From Candidatus Parcubacteria bacterium (GTDB lineage Bacteria; Patescibacteriota; Minisyncoccia; Phycocordibacterales; UBA918): a stretch of DNA of 64,000 bases. The notes under the pieces were generated by a model that did no database searches, was not told the origin of the DNA, and saw only the letters and a program-made list of their open reading frames with translations. Numbering within the stretch: the first letter of the stretch is position 1; every line of letters starts with the position of its first letter. The stretch is from assembly GCA_046050355.1 (NCBI GenBank), contig JBJOPW010000002.1, positions 43,853 through 107,852 on the forward strand. The letters are read 5' to 3'. Below are positions 8,437-15,739 of the stretch, in pieces. A program made the position numbers and the translations under genes.

Positions 8437-8859
8437 GTGGTGACACGCGATGTGCAAAGTGACATAGAGAGCTTCAAGTCAATTGATGACAGGGGTCAGT
8501 GGATGCTGCAACCAACATACTACGAGCACGAGTCGGGCTTGAACTGTGTTGACATAGCCAAGCGGTTGGCATTCCTTCGGGGAAACATTGTAAAGTACGT
8601 TTGGCGAGCAGGCAATAAGGGTGATTTGGTTCAAGACCTGCAGAAGGCGATTGAGTACGCGCAGATACTCATTGTTGACCCAGATCGGGTTTGCCAGGAC
8701 CAAGAGTTGGTTTCGATGATTGATTGGTATTGTAAGAATGAGTCGCACGACCTTCGTAGGACCATTATTAGAAGTGCCGCGCTGGACTCATCAGAGATCG
8801 ACTTGAAAGAAGGTGTTTTGATGAAGCTAGACCAGTGGGTTGATTCAACTCGGTCATGA
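8437..8859 (+). CDS. DUF3310-family protein (phage-associated).
   Basis: TYYEHESGLNCVDIAKRLAFLRGNIVKYVWRAGNKGDLVQDLQKAIEYAQIL matches the DUF3310 signature (..HY..G.E.ID.......FLLGNAIKYIWRAG.KG....DL.KA.WYL). GTG start. 3' end overlaps the convergent gene 8768-9454 by 92 nt, so its extent is uncertain. Confidence 0.5.
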   Translation: MVTRDVQSDIESFKSIDDRGQWMLQPTYYEHESGLNCVDIAKRLAFLRGNIVKYVWRAGNKGDLVQDLQKAIEYAQILIVDPDRVCQDQELVSMIDWYCKNESHDLRRTIIRSAALDSSEIDLKEGVLMKLDQWVDSTRS

Positions 8860-9454
8860 GTACTCGCTGCAGCAGCGTTAGTCGCGTATAATTCTTAGCA
8901 TCTTTGATGCAGGCAGGGTTGCGGATATTCAACATTAGGCAAGATCTGGTGAAGAACCATGACTTCAGATAGACTTCTCTCCCCCCAATAAACGGACAGC
9001 GAACAAGATCTACGGTACTTCTGCTAACGAGAAGGGAACGGTTGACCGAAGCTATCAGAGTGTCCATGACGGCATGATCAACAGTATTCCTGAACATCCG
9101 CGGATCGCCCCTTAGTACCTCCGAAAACAAACCTTCAGGTCCTATCTGATCGCGGAGGTCAGACTCTTCACGAAGAAGTTCATATATTTCTTTGACTAGT
9201 GCCCAATGCTTCTTGTCGCAGAGGTTGATCACGGACTCTGCTTCAATTCGTGCTTCAAGGACGACGGGAGTCAATTCAGTTCCGGCGCACTTGTTTTCCG
9301 TCCACGACAACGCATGGCGTGGGCCAGCTTCGAAGAAGTATATGCCTTCACCTAGCCAAAGGCCATCATGTTTACTCGGGTTGAATCTGTTCGATCGAGA
9401 GATTGACTCAGCAGACCCAAGGTCTGTTCCATGATACGCGATGTAGGTATACAA
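8768..9454 (-). CDS. ART-fold protein (RES-domain / PARP-like), putative NAD-utilizing toxin.
   Basis: N-terminal YHGT...NRFNPS...GEGIYFFEAGPRHALSWTE resembles the RES motif (GRFNPpG...lYlaes.etAllE) and the PARP H-G-[ST]/G.GIYF pattern. The C-terminal ~60 aa overlap the DUF3310 ORF and may be read-through. Confidence 0.45.
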   Translation of the reverse strand: MYTYIAYHGTDLGSAESISRSNRFNPSKHDGLWLGEGIYFFEAGPRHALSWTENKCAGTELTPVVLEARIEAESVINLCDKKHWALVKEIYELLREESDLRDQIGPEGLFSEVLRGDPRMFRNTVDHAVMDTLIASVNRSLLVSRSTVDLVRCPFIGGREVYLKSWFFTRSCLMLNIRNPACIKDAKNYTRLTLLQRVLMTELNQPTGLASSKHLLSSRSLMSPARHF

Positions 9455-9485
9455 AAAAATAGGCCCCCAGAGATTGTGGGGGACC

Positions 9486-10169
9486 TTAGCTTCCTACAAC
9501 GGTCTTTGCAAGACTCTCTCCCTGAACTGCATTGATGTTGTTGGGATCAGTGCAGTTGATGCGGTGAAATTCGTTCGCTGCAAAGACAATCACCGAGACA
9601 TTGGCTGAATCCGCCTCTGCCTTGACGATGCTGTAGGCCCTACGCAACTCATCGCGCGAAATCGCGTCAATGGTTAGGCCCATTCGCTTTGTCCTGTTTG
9701 ATAGAGGGGTTGCGTTGTCCCGTAGCTGATTTAAGCTAACCGGAAGAGCATCTGAGCTTGGTTTCCAAGTGCGAGATCCAAGAAGGACTTCGACACCATT
9801 ATCCCTTTGCTCTATATCTCCGCCTGTAATTATAAACTCTAAAGCAACAATTGCAATTAATATACCAACTTGAGGCAATAGAAGGAGAATTGTCAAGTAG
9901 AGCTCAGTTTCTGTCGTCTTTAGGAAGATTAGTGAGGCAGCGCTCGTTAGCAGAAGAATAAGATGGACTATTCCAAGTACAATAGATATCCCTACTCTGC
10001 GCGGAAGTATCTCCCCATGCTCATTTACTTGGGTTATCGGTTCAAAAAGGGTCCGAGCATTCAAAACTACTCGCCTCAATGTGCTTACAAACTGCCGCAA
10101 TGATGACGAACGCTTAACTAGCGCATAGAGGCCTGGTCCGACGGCGAAACTCAAAAGTGATGCTGACAT
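9486..10169 (-). CDS. Two-TM membrane protein of unknown function, directly upstream of and co-oriented with the ART-fold gene.
   Basis: Two adjacent hydrophobic helices (aa ~60-113) and a ~110-aa C-terminal soluble domain. 31-nt gap to the downstream gene. Confidence 0.45.
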   Translation of the reverse strand: MSASLLSFAVGPGLYALVKRSSSLRQFVSTLRRVVLNARTLFEPITQVNEHGEILPRRVGISIVLGIVHLILLLTSAASLIFLKTTETELYLTILLLLPQVGILIAIVALEFIITGGDIEQRDNGVEVLLGSRTWKPSSDALPVSLNQLRDNATPLSNRTKRMGLTIDAISRDELRRAYSIVKAEADSANVSVIVFAANEFHRINCTDPNNINAVQGESLAKTVVGS

Positions 10170-10273
10170 TTGGTCGAAAACTGCTTCTCGAACCGGACCA
10201 TAATCGGAAAATATCCAGTGTTAGAGCCCTATAATTGGCTTCAGATGAGGGAAAATTGTGGGGGTGTCCCCAA

Positions 10274-10349
10274 TGGTGGGCGATGAGGGACTCGAACCCC
10301 CGACCTCGATGGTGTAAACATCTTGCTCTACCAACTGAGCTAATCGCCC
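10274..10349 (-). tRNA. tRNA-Val (anticodon TAC), CCA encoded.
   Basis: Reverse complement GGGCGAT-TA-GCTC..GAGC-A-AGATG-TTTACAC-CATCG-AGGTC-GGGGG-TTCGAGT-CCCTC-ATCGCCC-A-CCA. A hairpin TGGGGGTGTCCCCA lies immediately 3'. Confidence 0.85.
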
Positions 10350-10434
10350 GAATGTCATGCAGTATAGCGTACTTTATTAAATTGTCCACCGGTAAGTTAT
10401 TAGAATAACACGTATATGGTATAATAATGAGCGT

Positions 10435-11100
10435 ATGAAAATACTCGAAAAGAAGAGGGCTATAGAGTTGCGTGAGCGGGGGATAGCTTTAGGTGAAATC
10501 GCTAAAAAATTAAACGTAGCAAAAGCTACAGTCAGTTATTGGGTACGGGATATTTCATTATCGAAGACACAGATCAAGCAACTCAGAGCGAATAGTCACT
10601 CAAGAGAAGCAATTGAAAAGCGACGATTGTCACGTATGACTGCAGCCGAAAAAATCCGAGATAGTATACGAGAAGAAGCTCGACAACAAGCAGTACAGTT
10701 AATCAAAAATCCATTATGGTGTGTTGCAATAGCCTTATATTGGGGGGAGGGTGGAAAGACGCAACGAACGGTTCGAATCGCAAATAGCGACCCCTCAGTT
10801 ATTAGACTACTTTGCCACTTCTTTAGAAATGAATGTCATGTGCCACTTTCTAAAATGCGAGCACATGTTCATGCGTTTTCGCACAGCGATATTGAATCAA
10901 TAGAGAAGTACTGGTCAAAAATTAGTGGCATACCCAGAAATCAATTTTTTAAGGCATATATTAAACAAAGTAGCTCTAGTAAAGAAAAAAGACAAACACT
11001 TCCAAATGGTACAATGCAAATATATGTACATGATAGTAGTTTGTTTATTAAAATTATAGCTTGGATAGAATATCTGAAAGAGATAAAACATTATGATTGA
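10435..11100 (+). CDS. HTH-domain protein with a possible LAGLIDADG-like motif (candidate free-standing homing endonuclease).
   Basis: N-terminal resolvase/sigma-70 region-4-like HTH (RGIALGEIAKKLNVAKATVSYWVRD). Central AIALYWGEGGK resembles LAGLI(E/D)GDG. AT-rich. Sits between tRNA-Val and acyP. Confidence 0.4.
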   Translation: MKILEKKRAIELRERGIALGEIAKKLNVAKATVSYWVRDISLSKTQIKQLRANSHSREAIEKRRLSRMTAAEKIRDSIREEARQQAVQLIKNPLWCVAIALYWGEGGKTQRTVRIANSDPSVIRLLCHFFRNECHVPLSKMRAHVHAFSHSDIESIEKYWSKISGIPRNQFFKAYIKQSSSSKEKRQTLPNGTMQIYVHDSSLFIKIIAWIEYLKEIKHYD

Positions 11101-11374
11101 ACTTCATGCCACAGTGACCGGTAAGGTACAGGGGGTACGGTACCGTGATTATGTCCAGCAAGCCGCGACTAATCTTGGGCTCGTAGGGTCGGTCGAAAAT
11201 CTCTCGGATGGTTCAGTTTTTGTTGTAGCACAAGGTATGCCAGATGTCCTCAAGGAATTTGTAGAGTATCTCCATGAGGGTTCGTTGTTGGCGCAGGTCG
11301 ATGGGGTGGCAGTTGAGTGGCGCAGTCAGGCGGGTCTATATCAAGAATTTTCAATCCTCTTTTCCTACCTATGA
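11093..11374 (+). CDS. acyP: Acylphosphatase.
   Basis: VTGKVQGVRYRDYV...GSVENLSDGSV acylphosphatase signatures. 93 aa. Confidence 0.8.
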   Translation: MIELHATVTGKVQGVRYRDYVQQAATNLGLVGSVENLSDGSVFVVAQGMPDVLKEFVEYLHEGSLLAQVDGVAVEWRSQAGLYQEFSILFSYL

Positions 11375-12039
11375 CTACACAGTTGTCATCACCATATTGC
11401 GTAGGTTTTATCATGGATGGCAACCGCCGGTACGCGGCCGAACGGGGATTGCCACAAGGAGCTGGGCACGAAGCCGGACTACAGGTTTTTGAACAGGTAA
11501 TTACCTGGTTGCAGGAGCAACATATACCGCATGGCGTATTCTACGCGTTTTCTACTGAGAATTGGCATCGTAGTGAGGCAGAAGTGTCGTTATTATTATC
11601 ATTGATAGAAATTGCTTTAGCGAAACAGCGATCTGTGCGATTGCGATTTATTGGTGACCGATTACGCTTTAGCACTATAATGCAAGATAAATTGTCCGCA
11701 GTAGAAGCTGAGGAGCACGGTAATACTAATGTAACAATCTGGGTAGCCTTATCATATGGTGGCAGACAGGAGATTATTTCTGCGGTTAATAAAGCTATCG
11801 CGGCTCGGGTTCCAGTAACTGAAAACAGTTTCTCGGCGTTATTTGATTCGGTGGGGATGCCCGATCCTGATCTTATTATTCGTACTGGCGGTGATATGCG
11901 CCTCTCTAATTTTTTACCGTGGCAAGCAGTCTATAGCGAGCTGATGTTTACCCCTACCTACTGGCCAGCATTTACGAAAGAGGAATTTACCAGTATGCTG
12001 GCGCAATATGGAGACAGAAAACGTCGTTTCGGACGCTAA
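11371..12039 (+). CDS. uppS: Undecaprenyl pyrophosphate synthase.
   Basis: FIMDGNRRYA and IRTGG..RLSNFLPWQ..YSE cis-prenyltransferase motifs. Start trimmed to the ATG at 11371 (ATGA overlap with acyP). Confidence 0.85.
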   Translation: MTTQLSSPYCVGFIMDGNRRYAAERGLPQGAGHEAGLQVFEQVITWLQEQHIPHGVFYAFSTENWHRSEAEVSLLLSLIEIALAKQRSVRLRFIGDRLRFSTIMQDKLSAVEAEEHGNTNVTIWVALSYGGRQEIISAVNKAIAARVPVTENSFSALFDSVGMPDPDLIIRTGGDMRLSNFLPWQAVYSELMFTPTYWPAFTKEEFTSMLAQYGDRKRRFGR

Positions 12040-12784
12040 AGATATTATTGAGCCAGTGGTCATTTACGAAGATGACGCGATTTTAGTCGTGAATAAGCCC
12101 TACGGGATGCTCGTGCATGAAGATTGGCAACAAAAAGACGGTACTTTAGTCGACTGGTTTTTGGTCCGCTGCCCGAGTGCTCGTGGGGTAGGGGAAGCGA
12201 CAGCAACACCAGAAGGAAAACCACTTGAACGCTCCGGAGTAGTGCATCGCCTCGATCGCGAGACGTCAGGGGTGATAGTCTTGGCAAAAACTGCCGAAGC
12301 CCACGCTCATCTCAAGGCTGAGTTTCATGACCGCAAGGCAAAAAAAGAGTATCGGGCTTTTGTCTATGGTCGACTCCACGAACGGTGGGGAACCATTGAT
12401 CGACCCATTGGCCGTAATACGCAGAATTTTCGACTCCGTTCGGCGCAGCGTGGTGCCAAGGGGACCTTGCGCAATGCGGTAACTGACTGGGAACGAATTG
12501 CGGCTGGTGAATACGAAGGTGAGCCCTTTTCATATATGAAATTAATGCCAAAGACCGGCCGTACTCACCAGCTCCGAGTCCATCTAAAGGCCATTGATCG
12601 ACCAATTGTTCAAGATGTGTTGTATAGCGGTAAGAAGCGCGAGACCTCAAACAATCTTGGTTTGGAGCGATTGGCCCTCCACGCCCACGTGCTCGAACTG
12701 ACCTTGCCTAGTGGTGAGCGAGAACGATTTATTGCGCCAGTGCCACATAGTTTTGAACTAGCTGCCGAAAAGCTCGAAGAATAG
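12008..12784 (+). CDS. RluA-family pseudouridine synthase.
   Basis: HRLDRETSGVIVLAK catalytic Asp motif. ILVVNKP..G N-terminus. Confidence 0.8.
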   Translation: METENVVSDAKDIIEPVVIYEDDAILVVNKPYGMLVHEDWQQKDGTLVDWFLVRCPSARGVGEATATPEGKPLERSGVVHRLDRETSGVIVLAKTAEAHAHLKAEFHDRKAKKEYRAFVYGRLHERWGTIDRPIGRNTQNFRLRSAQRGAKGTLRNAVTDWERIAAGEYEGEPFSYMKLMPKTGRTHQLRVHLKAIDRPIVQDVLYSGKKRETSNNLGLERLALHAHVLELTLPSGERERFIAPVPHSFELAAEKLEE

Positions 12785-12871
12785 GCGGTCGTATTGCAGA
12801 ATAGGGTCTCTTGTGGTAGATTAGGGCACGTTTTACACGGACAAGAGGCATTTTATTGTTATTACTATTGT

Positions 12872-13453
12872 ATGAACACAGCATTACAGGGCGTCGCTAT
12901 CTCGCCAGTACAGATGGCAGACCGTAAGGCGCTTGGCTTGAAGCCGGGCGATACGGTCAAGGTGCACCAGAAGATCGTTGATAAGGGAAAGACTCGTCTC
13001 CAAGTTTTTGAAGGCGTGGTGCTTGCCCGTAAGCATGGTGATGAACCAGGAGCTACCTTTACTGTCCGTAAAGTCTCAAGTGGCGTTGGTGTAGAAAAAA
13101 TCTTCCCTCTCTACACACCACTCATCGAAAAAATTGAGATTGTGAAGCGTGCCAAGGTACGTCGCGCCAAGCTCTACTACATTCGTGAGAAGGTGGCCCG
13201 TGAGATTAAGCGTCAGATGCGCCGCATGTCTCTCGTTTCAATGTCTACCGAAAGTGAGACCGAAGCCAATGCTCGTATTGAAGCAGAGGCTAAGGCAGTC
13301 GCTGAAGCAGCCGCTGCCGCCGAAGCGGCTGCTCTCGCAGCCGCTGCACCAGTTGTCGAAGAGACTCCAGTGGTAGCAGAAGCTCCAGCGGAAGTAGCAG
13401 CAGAAGAAACTCCTGCTGCTGAAACACCAGTTGAAGCAGAGAAGAAAGACTAG
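12872..13453 (+). CDS. rplS: 50S ribosomal protein L19 with an Ala/Glu-rich C-terminal extension.
   Basis: [49 protein letters not shown]. Start trimmed to the ATG at 12872. Confidence 0.85.
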   Translation: MNTALQGVAISPVQMADRKALGLKPGDTVKVHQKIVDKGKTRLQVFEGVVLARKHGDEPGATFTVRKVSSGVGVEKIFPLYTPLIEKIEIVKRAKVRRAKLYYIREKVAREIKRQMRRMSLVSMSTESETEANARIEAEAKAVAEAAAAAEAAALAAAAPVVEETPVVAEAPAEVAAEETPAAETPVEAEKKD

Positions 13454-13467
13454 TCTCTCATCAATAA

Positions 13468-13496
13468 CAAAACCGACCGTCAGGTCGGTTTTGTTA
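13468..13496 (+). terminator. Rho-independent terminator after rplS.
   Basis: AAAACCGACC-GTCA-GGTCGGTTTTGTT. Confidence 0.6.
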
Positions 13497-13508
13497 TATA
13501 CTGTCGCT

Positions 13509-14348
13509 ATGATAACGAAACCACTTTTTGAAGCACTTATTGCCGAGATTGAATCAGCGGGTGAATTAGCGCACAAATACTTTATTGATAATGAGTCTGA
13601 CAACGAACAAAAAGCTGACGGTTCAGTGGTTACCGTTATCGATACGACCATTGAGACCCGTTTGGTTGCGTTTATTCGTGCACATTTTCCCGACGACACA
13701 ATTGTTGGAGAAGAAGGAGAAGGTGTGATTGGCACCAGTAGTTTCGTTTGGCATATTGATCCGATAGATGGTACAGATAATTTTTTAAGAAGAATTCCAT
13801 TTTGTGCCATCTCAGTGGCACGACTGGGAGATACCGATGAAGATTCGTGTGCGGTGATTCATAACCCAATTACGCAACAAACCTTTTCTAGCTATATGGA
13901 TGAAGCAGTCTACGAAAAGCATATCGTACATCACATGAATGATGATTTAATTGGTGGTCGGGCCATGATTTCTATTGCGCGAGGACGGGTTTCTTGGATG
14001 AAATCAGCCAGCTACAATATACGCAAAGCCCTTGGTCTCCATTTTGGTGGCGGTAATTCGTTTGGTTGTTGTGCGCTTGAACATGCCTATGTGGCGGCCA
14101 ACCGTCTTGATGGAGTTCTTACTTTTGGGTTGCATACCTATGATTATGCTGCCGGATTATATCTTATAAAATCAGCTGGAGGTATTATTTCAGTATTTGA
14201 GGATGACCAATGGCAGCAATGGCAAGGAAGTATCAAAGCACTTTGCTCTCAACATGGCGCCACCATTTTCTCGTCACATCAGGGCATTCATGCTGAGGCG
14301 ATAGCCTATATTGGTAACCCACGAACTTGGAGTGATGAACCCGCTTAA
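13509..14348 (+). CDS. Inositol monophosphatase-family protein (SuhB/CysQ-like).
   Basis: WHIDPIDGTDNFL metal-binding motif. Start trimmed to the ATG at 13509 after the terminator. Confidence 0.75.
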   Translation: MITKPLFEALIAEIESAGELAHKYFIDNESDNEQKADGSVVTVIDTTIETRLVAFIRAHFPDDTIVGEEGEGVIGTSSFVWHIDPIDGTDNFLRRIPFCAISVARLGDTDEDSCAVIHNPITQQTFSSYMDEAVYEKHIVHHMNDDLIGGRAMISIARGRVSWMKSASYNIRKALGLHFGGGNSFGCCALEHAYVAANRLDGVLTFGLHTYDYAAGLYLIKSAGGIISVFEDDQWQQWQGSIKALCSQHGATIFSSHQGIHAEAIAYIGNPRTWSDEPA

Positions 14349-15058
14349 GAATCTTTCTCAGAACCAATCAGAACCTTGCGCAACATTGTACCAACGAGAC
14401 CGAGGAGCATACCAAGTAACAACATGCTTGTAAACCGAGACAGAATGAGCGTGATTGTTCCACCGAGGGTATCTGGTTGCGGATAGCTAATACCACCAAG
14501 AATTGCCCGCAACGCCCACCACATACCACTTGGAATATCCTGAGCAGCTACTTGATGATTTTCAAAAACGTAAAAGAGTGATCCGAGTAGTAATGTCGCA
14601 ATCAAAAGTGTCGCACTATAAATCTCGAGATTTATTTTATACAGTGATTGGGCGGCATTTTTCTTCCGTTTGATTTCTGAGAACTTCGCAAGACGAAGCA
14701 TTCGTAGAAGACGGATGATTCGTACCGCCCGAGTGGCTTTGAGGAAGGTGAGGTTATTTAATCCGAGGTATGAAGGGAGAATGGCAGCGAGGTCGATAAT
14801 ACCAAAAAAACTGAACATATAACGCAACCGGTTTGGACTATAATAGAGCCGAGTAACATACTCGAGACTAAAAATAGTCACAATTGCCATCTCGAGATTG
14901 TGAAATATACCCACATAGACAGATAGGGACGGGACTGTCTCAAGTGCTACAACAGCCACAGCAACTAGGGTTGTGATGGCAAGAAAATGTTCTGTTCCCG
15001 GTGGTGTTACGTCTGAAAACGAGCGTCGGATGACTGGATGTTTCTGTTTTCGTTTCAT
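14345..15058 (-). CDS. Voltage-gated-type ion channel (Ion_trans family).
   Basis: S4-like RAVRIIRLLRMLRLAKF voltage sensor, multiple TM segments, pore-like TLGG segment. Confidence 0.6.
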   Translation of the reverse strand: MKRKQKHPVIRRSFSDVTPPGTEHFLAITTLVAVAVVALETVPSLSVYVGIFHNLEMAIVTIFSLEYVTRLYYSPNRLRYMFSFFGIIDLAAILPSYLGLNNLTFLKATRAVRIIRLLRMLRLAKFSEIKRKKNAAQSLYKINLEIYSATLLIATLLLGSLFYVFENHQVAAQDIPSGMWWALRAILGGISYPQPDTLGGTITLILSRFTSMLLLGMLLGLVGTMLRKVLIGSEKDS

Positions 15059-15151
15059 TGCAATTATCGTAACATAGGGAATCGACAGTGACTTGATAAT
15101 ACTATTGCTTTAGTGCATAATGTCGCCACTTGAGAAATCAAGGTTCTCACC

Positions 15152-15236
15152 TGCCCAGGTGGCGAAATTGGTAGACGCACTACCTTGAGGTGGTAGCGCC
15201 TTCACGGGCATGCTGGTTCAAATCCAGTCTTGGGCA
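15152..15236 (+). tRNA. tRNA-Leu (anticodon GAG), long variable arm.
   Basis: GCCCAGG acceptor, GG in the D-loop, anticodon arm CTACC-TTGAGGT-GGTAG, variable arm CGCCTTCACGGGCAT, T-arm CTGG-TTCAAAT-CCAG. No CCA encoded. Confidence 0.85.
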
Positions 15237-15670
15237 CAAATAGCCGACCGAAACATGAATATGTTTCGGTCGTTGCTATTTGTAGACCAAGACTGGATTT
15301 GAAAGACAGTTTCGGGGTTCCCTTAGGGCCGAAACTGTCCGGGTCGGGCGAATGAGTTATATTGTGAGCAAAGCGAAATAATATAACCATGAGTGTGACC
15401 AAATCCAGTCTTGGGCACAAAGTCGTAAAACAAAAACAATTCTCCAAAAGAGAATTGTTTTTGTTTTAGAAAGCCAATGACTTGGCTTTCGACGACTTTG
15501 TGAAGCGGAGCGTTGTGAGTCGCCCCAGAAAGGCGACGAACCGCGAGCTGGGGTCGAGAACACTTAGTAGATTGAGAACGGAGTGAATCAATATACTTAG
15601 TGATTCGTGACCAGGACAAGCAAACAGGATTAAATAAAAAGCTTAGTAACTCATGACTTAATCCAGTCTT
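15237..15670 (+). mobile_element. Composite non-coding element(s) downstream of tRNA-Leu, bounded by direct repeats of the tRNA 3' end.
   Basis: Hairpin 15245-15276. Inverted copy of the tRNA 3' end at 15284-15302. Hairpin 15305-15338. Conserved-loop hairpin GTTATATTGT[GAGCAAAGCGAA]ATAATATAAC at 15355-15386. A 22-nt exact direct repeat of the tRNA 3' end at 15399-15420. Hairpin 15425-15468. Repeat copy C. A second partial repeat AATCCAGTCTT at 15659-15669. Confidence 0.5.
15505..15612 (+). repeat. Copy C of the ~108-nt tRNA-associated repeat element.
   Basis: Conserved core CCGCGAGCTGGGGTCGAGAACACTTAGTAGATTGAGAACGGAGTGAATCAATATACTTAGTGATTCGTGACCA. Its 5' hairpin differs from copies A and B (GTCGCC..GGCGAC). 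Confidence 0.65.
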
Positions 15671-15739
15671 ACCATGAGACGGAACGATCTTTCAGCTGTT
15701 CCTCATACCAAAATTGCCAAAGTGGTATACTACTCCCGT

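Noticed and set aside
10114-10389. 91-aa minus-strand ORF.
   Set aside because: Overlaps tRNA-Val almost completely and is therefore spurious.
15202-15619. Three overlapping minus-strand ORFs (81, 98 and 68 aa) after tRNA-Leu.
   Set aside because: They traverse hairpins, tRNA-derived repeats and repeat copy C. No RBS and not a protein-like composition.
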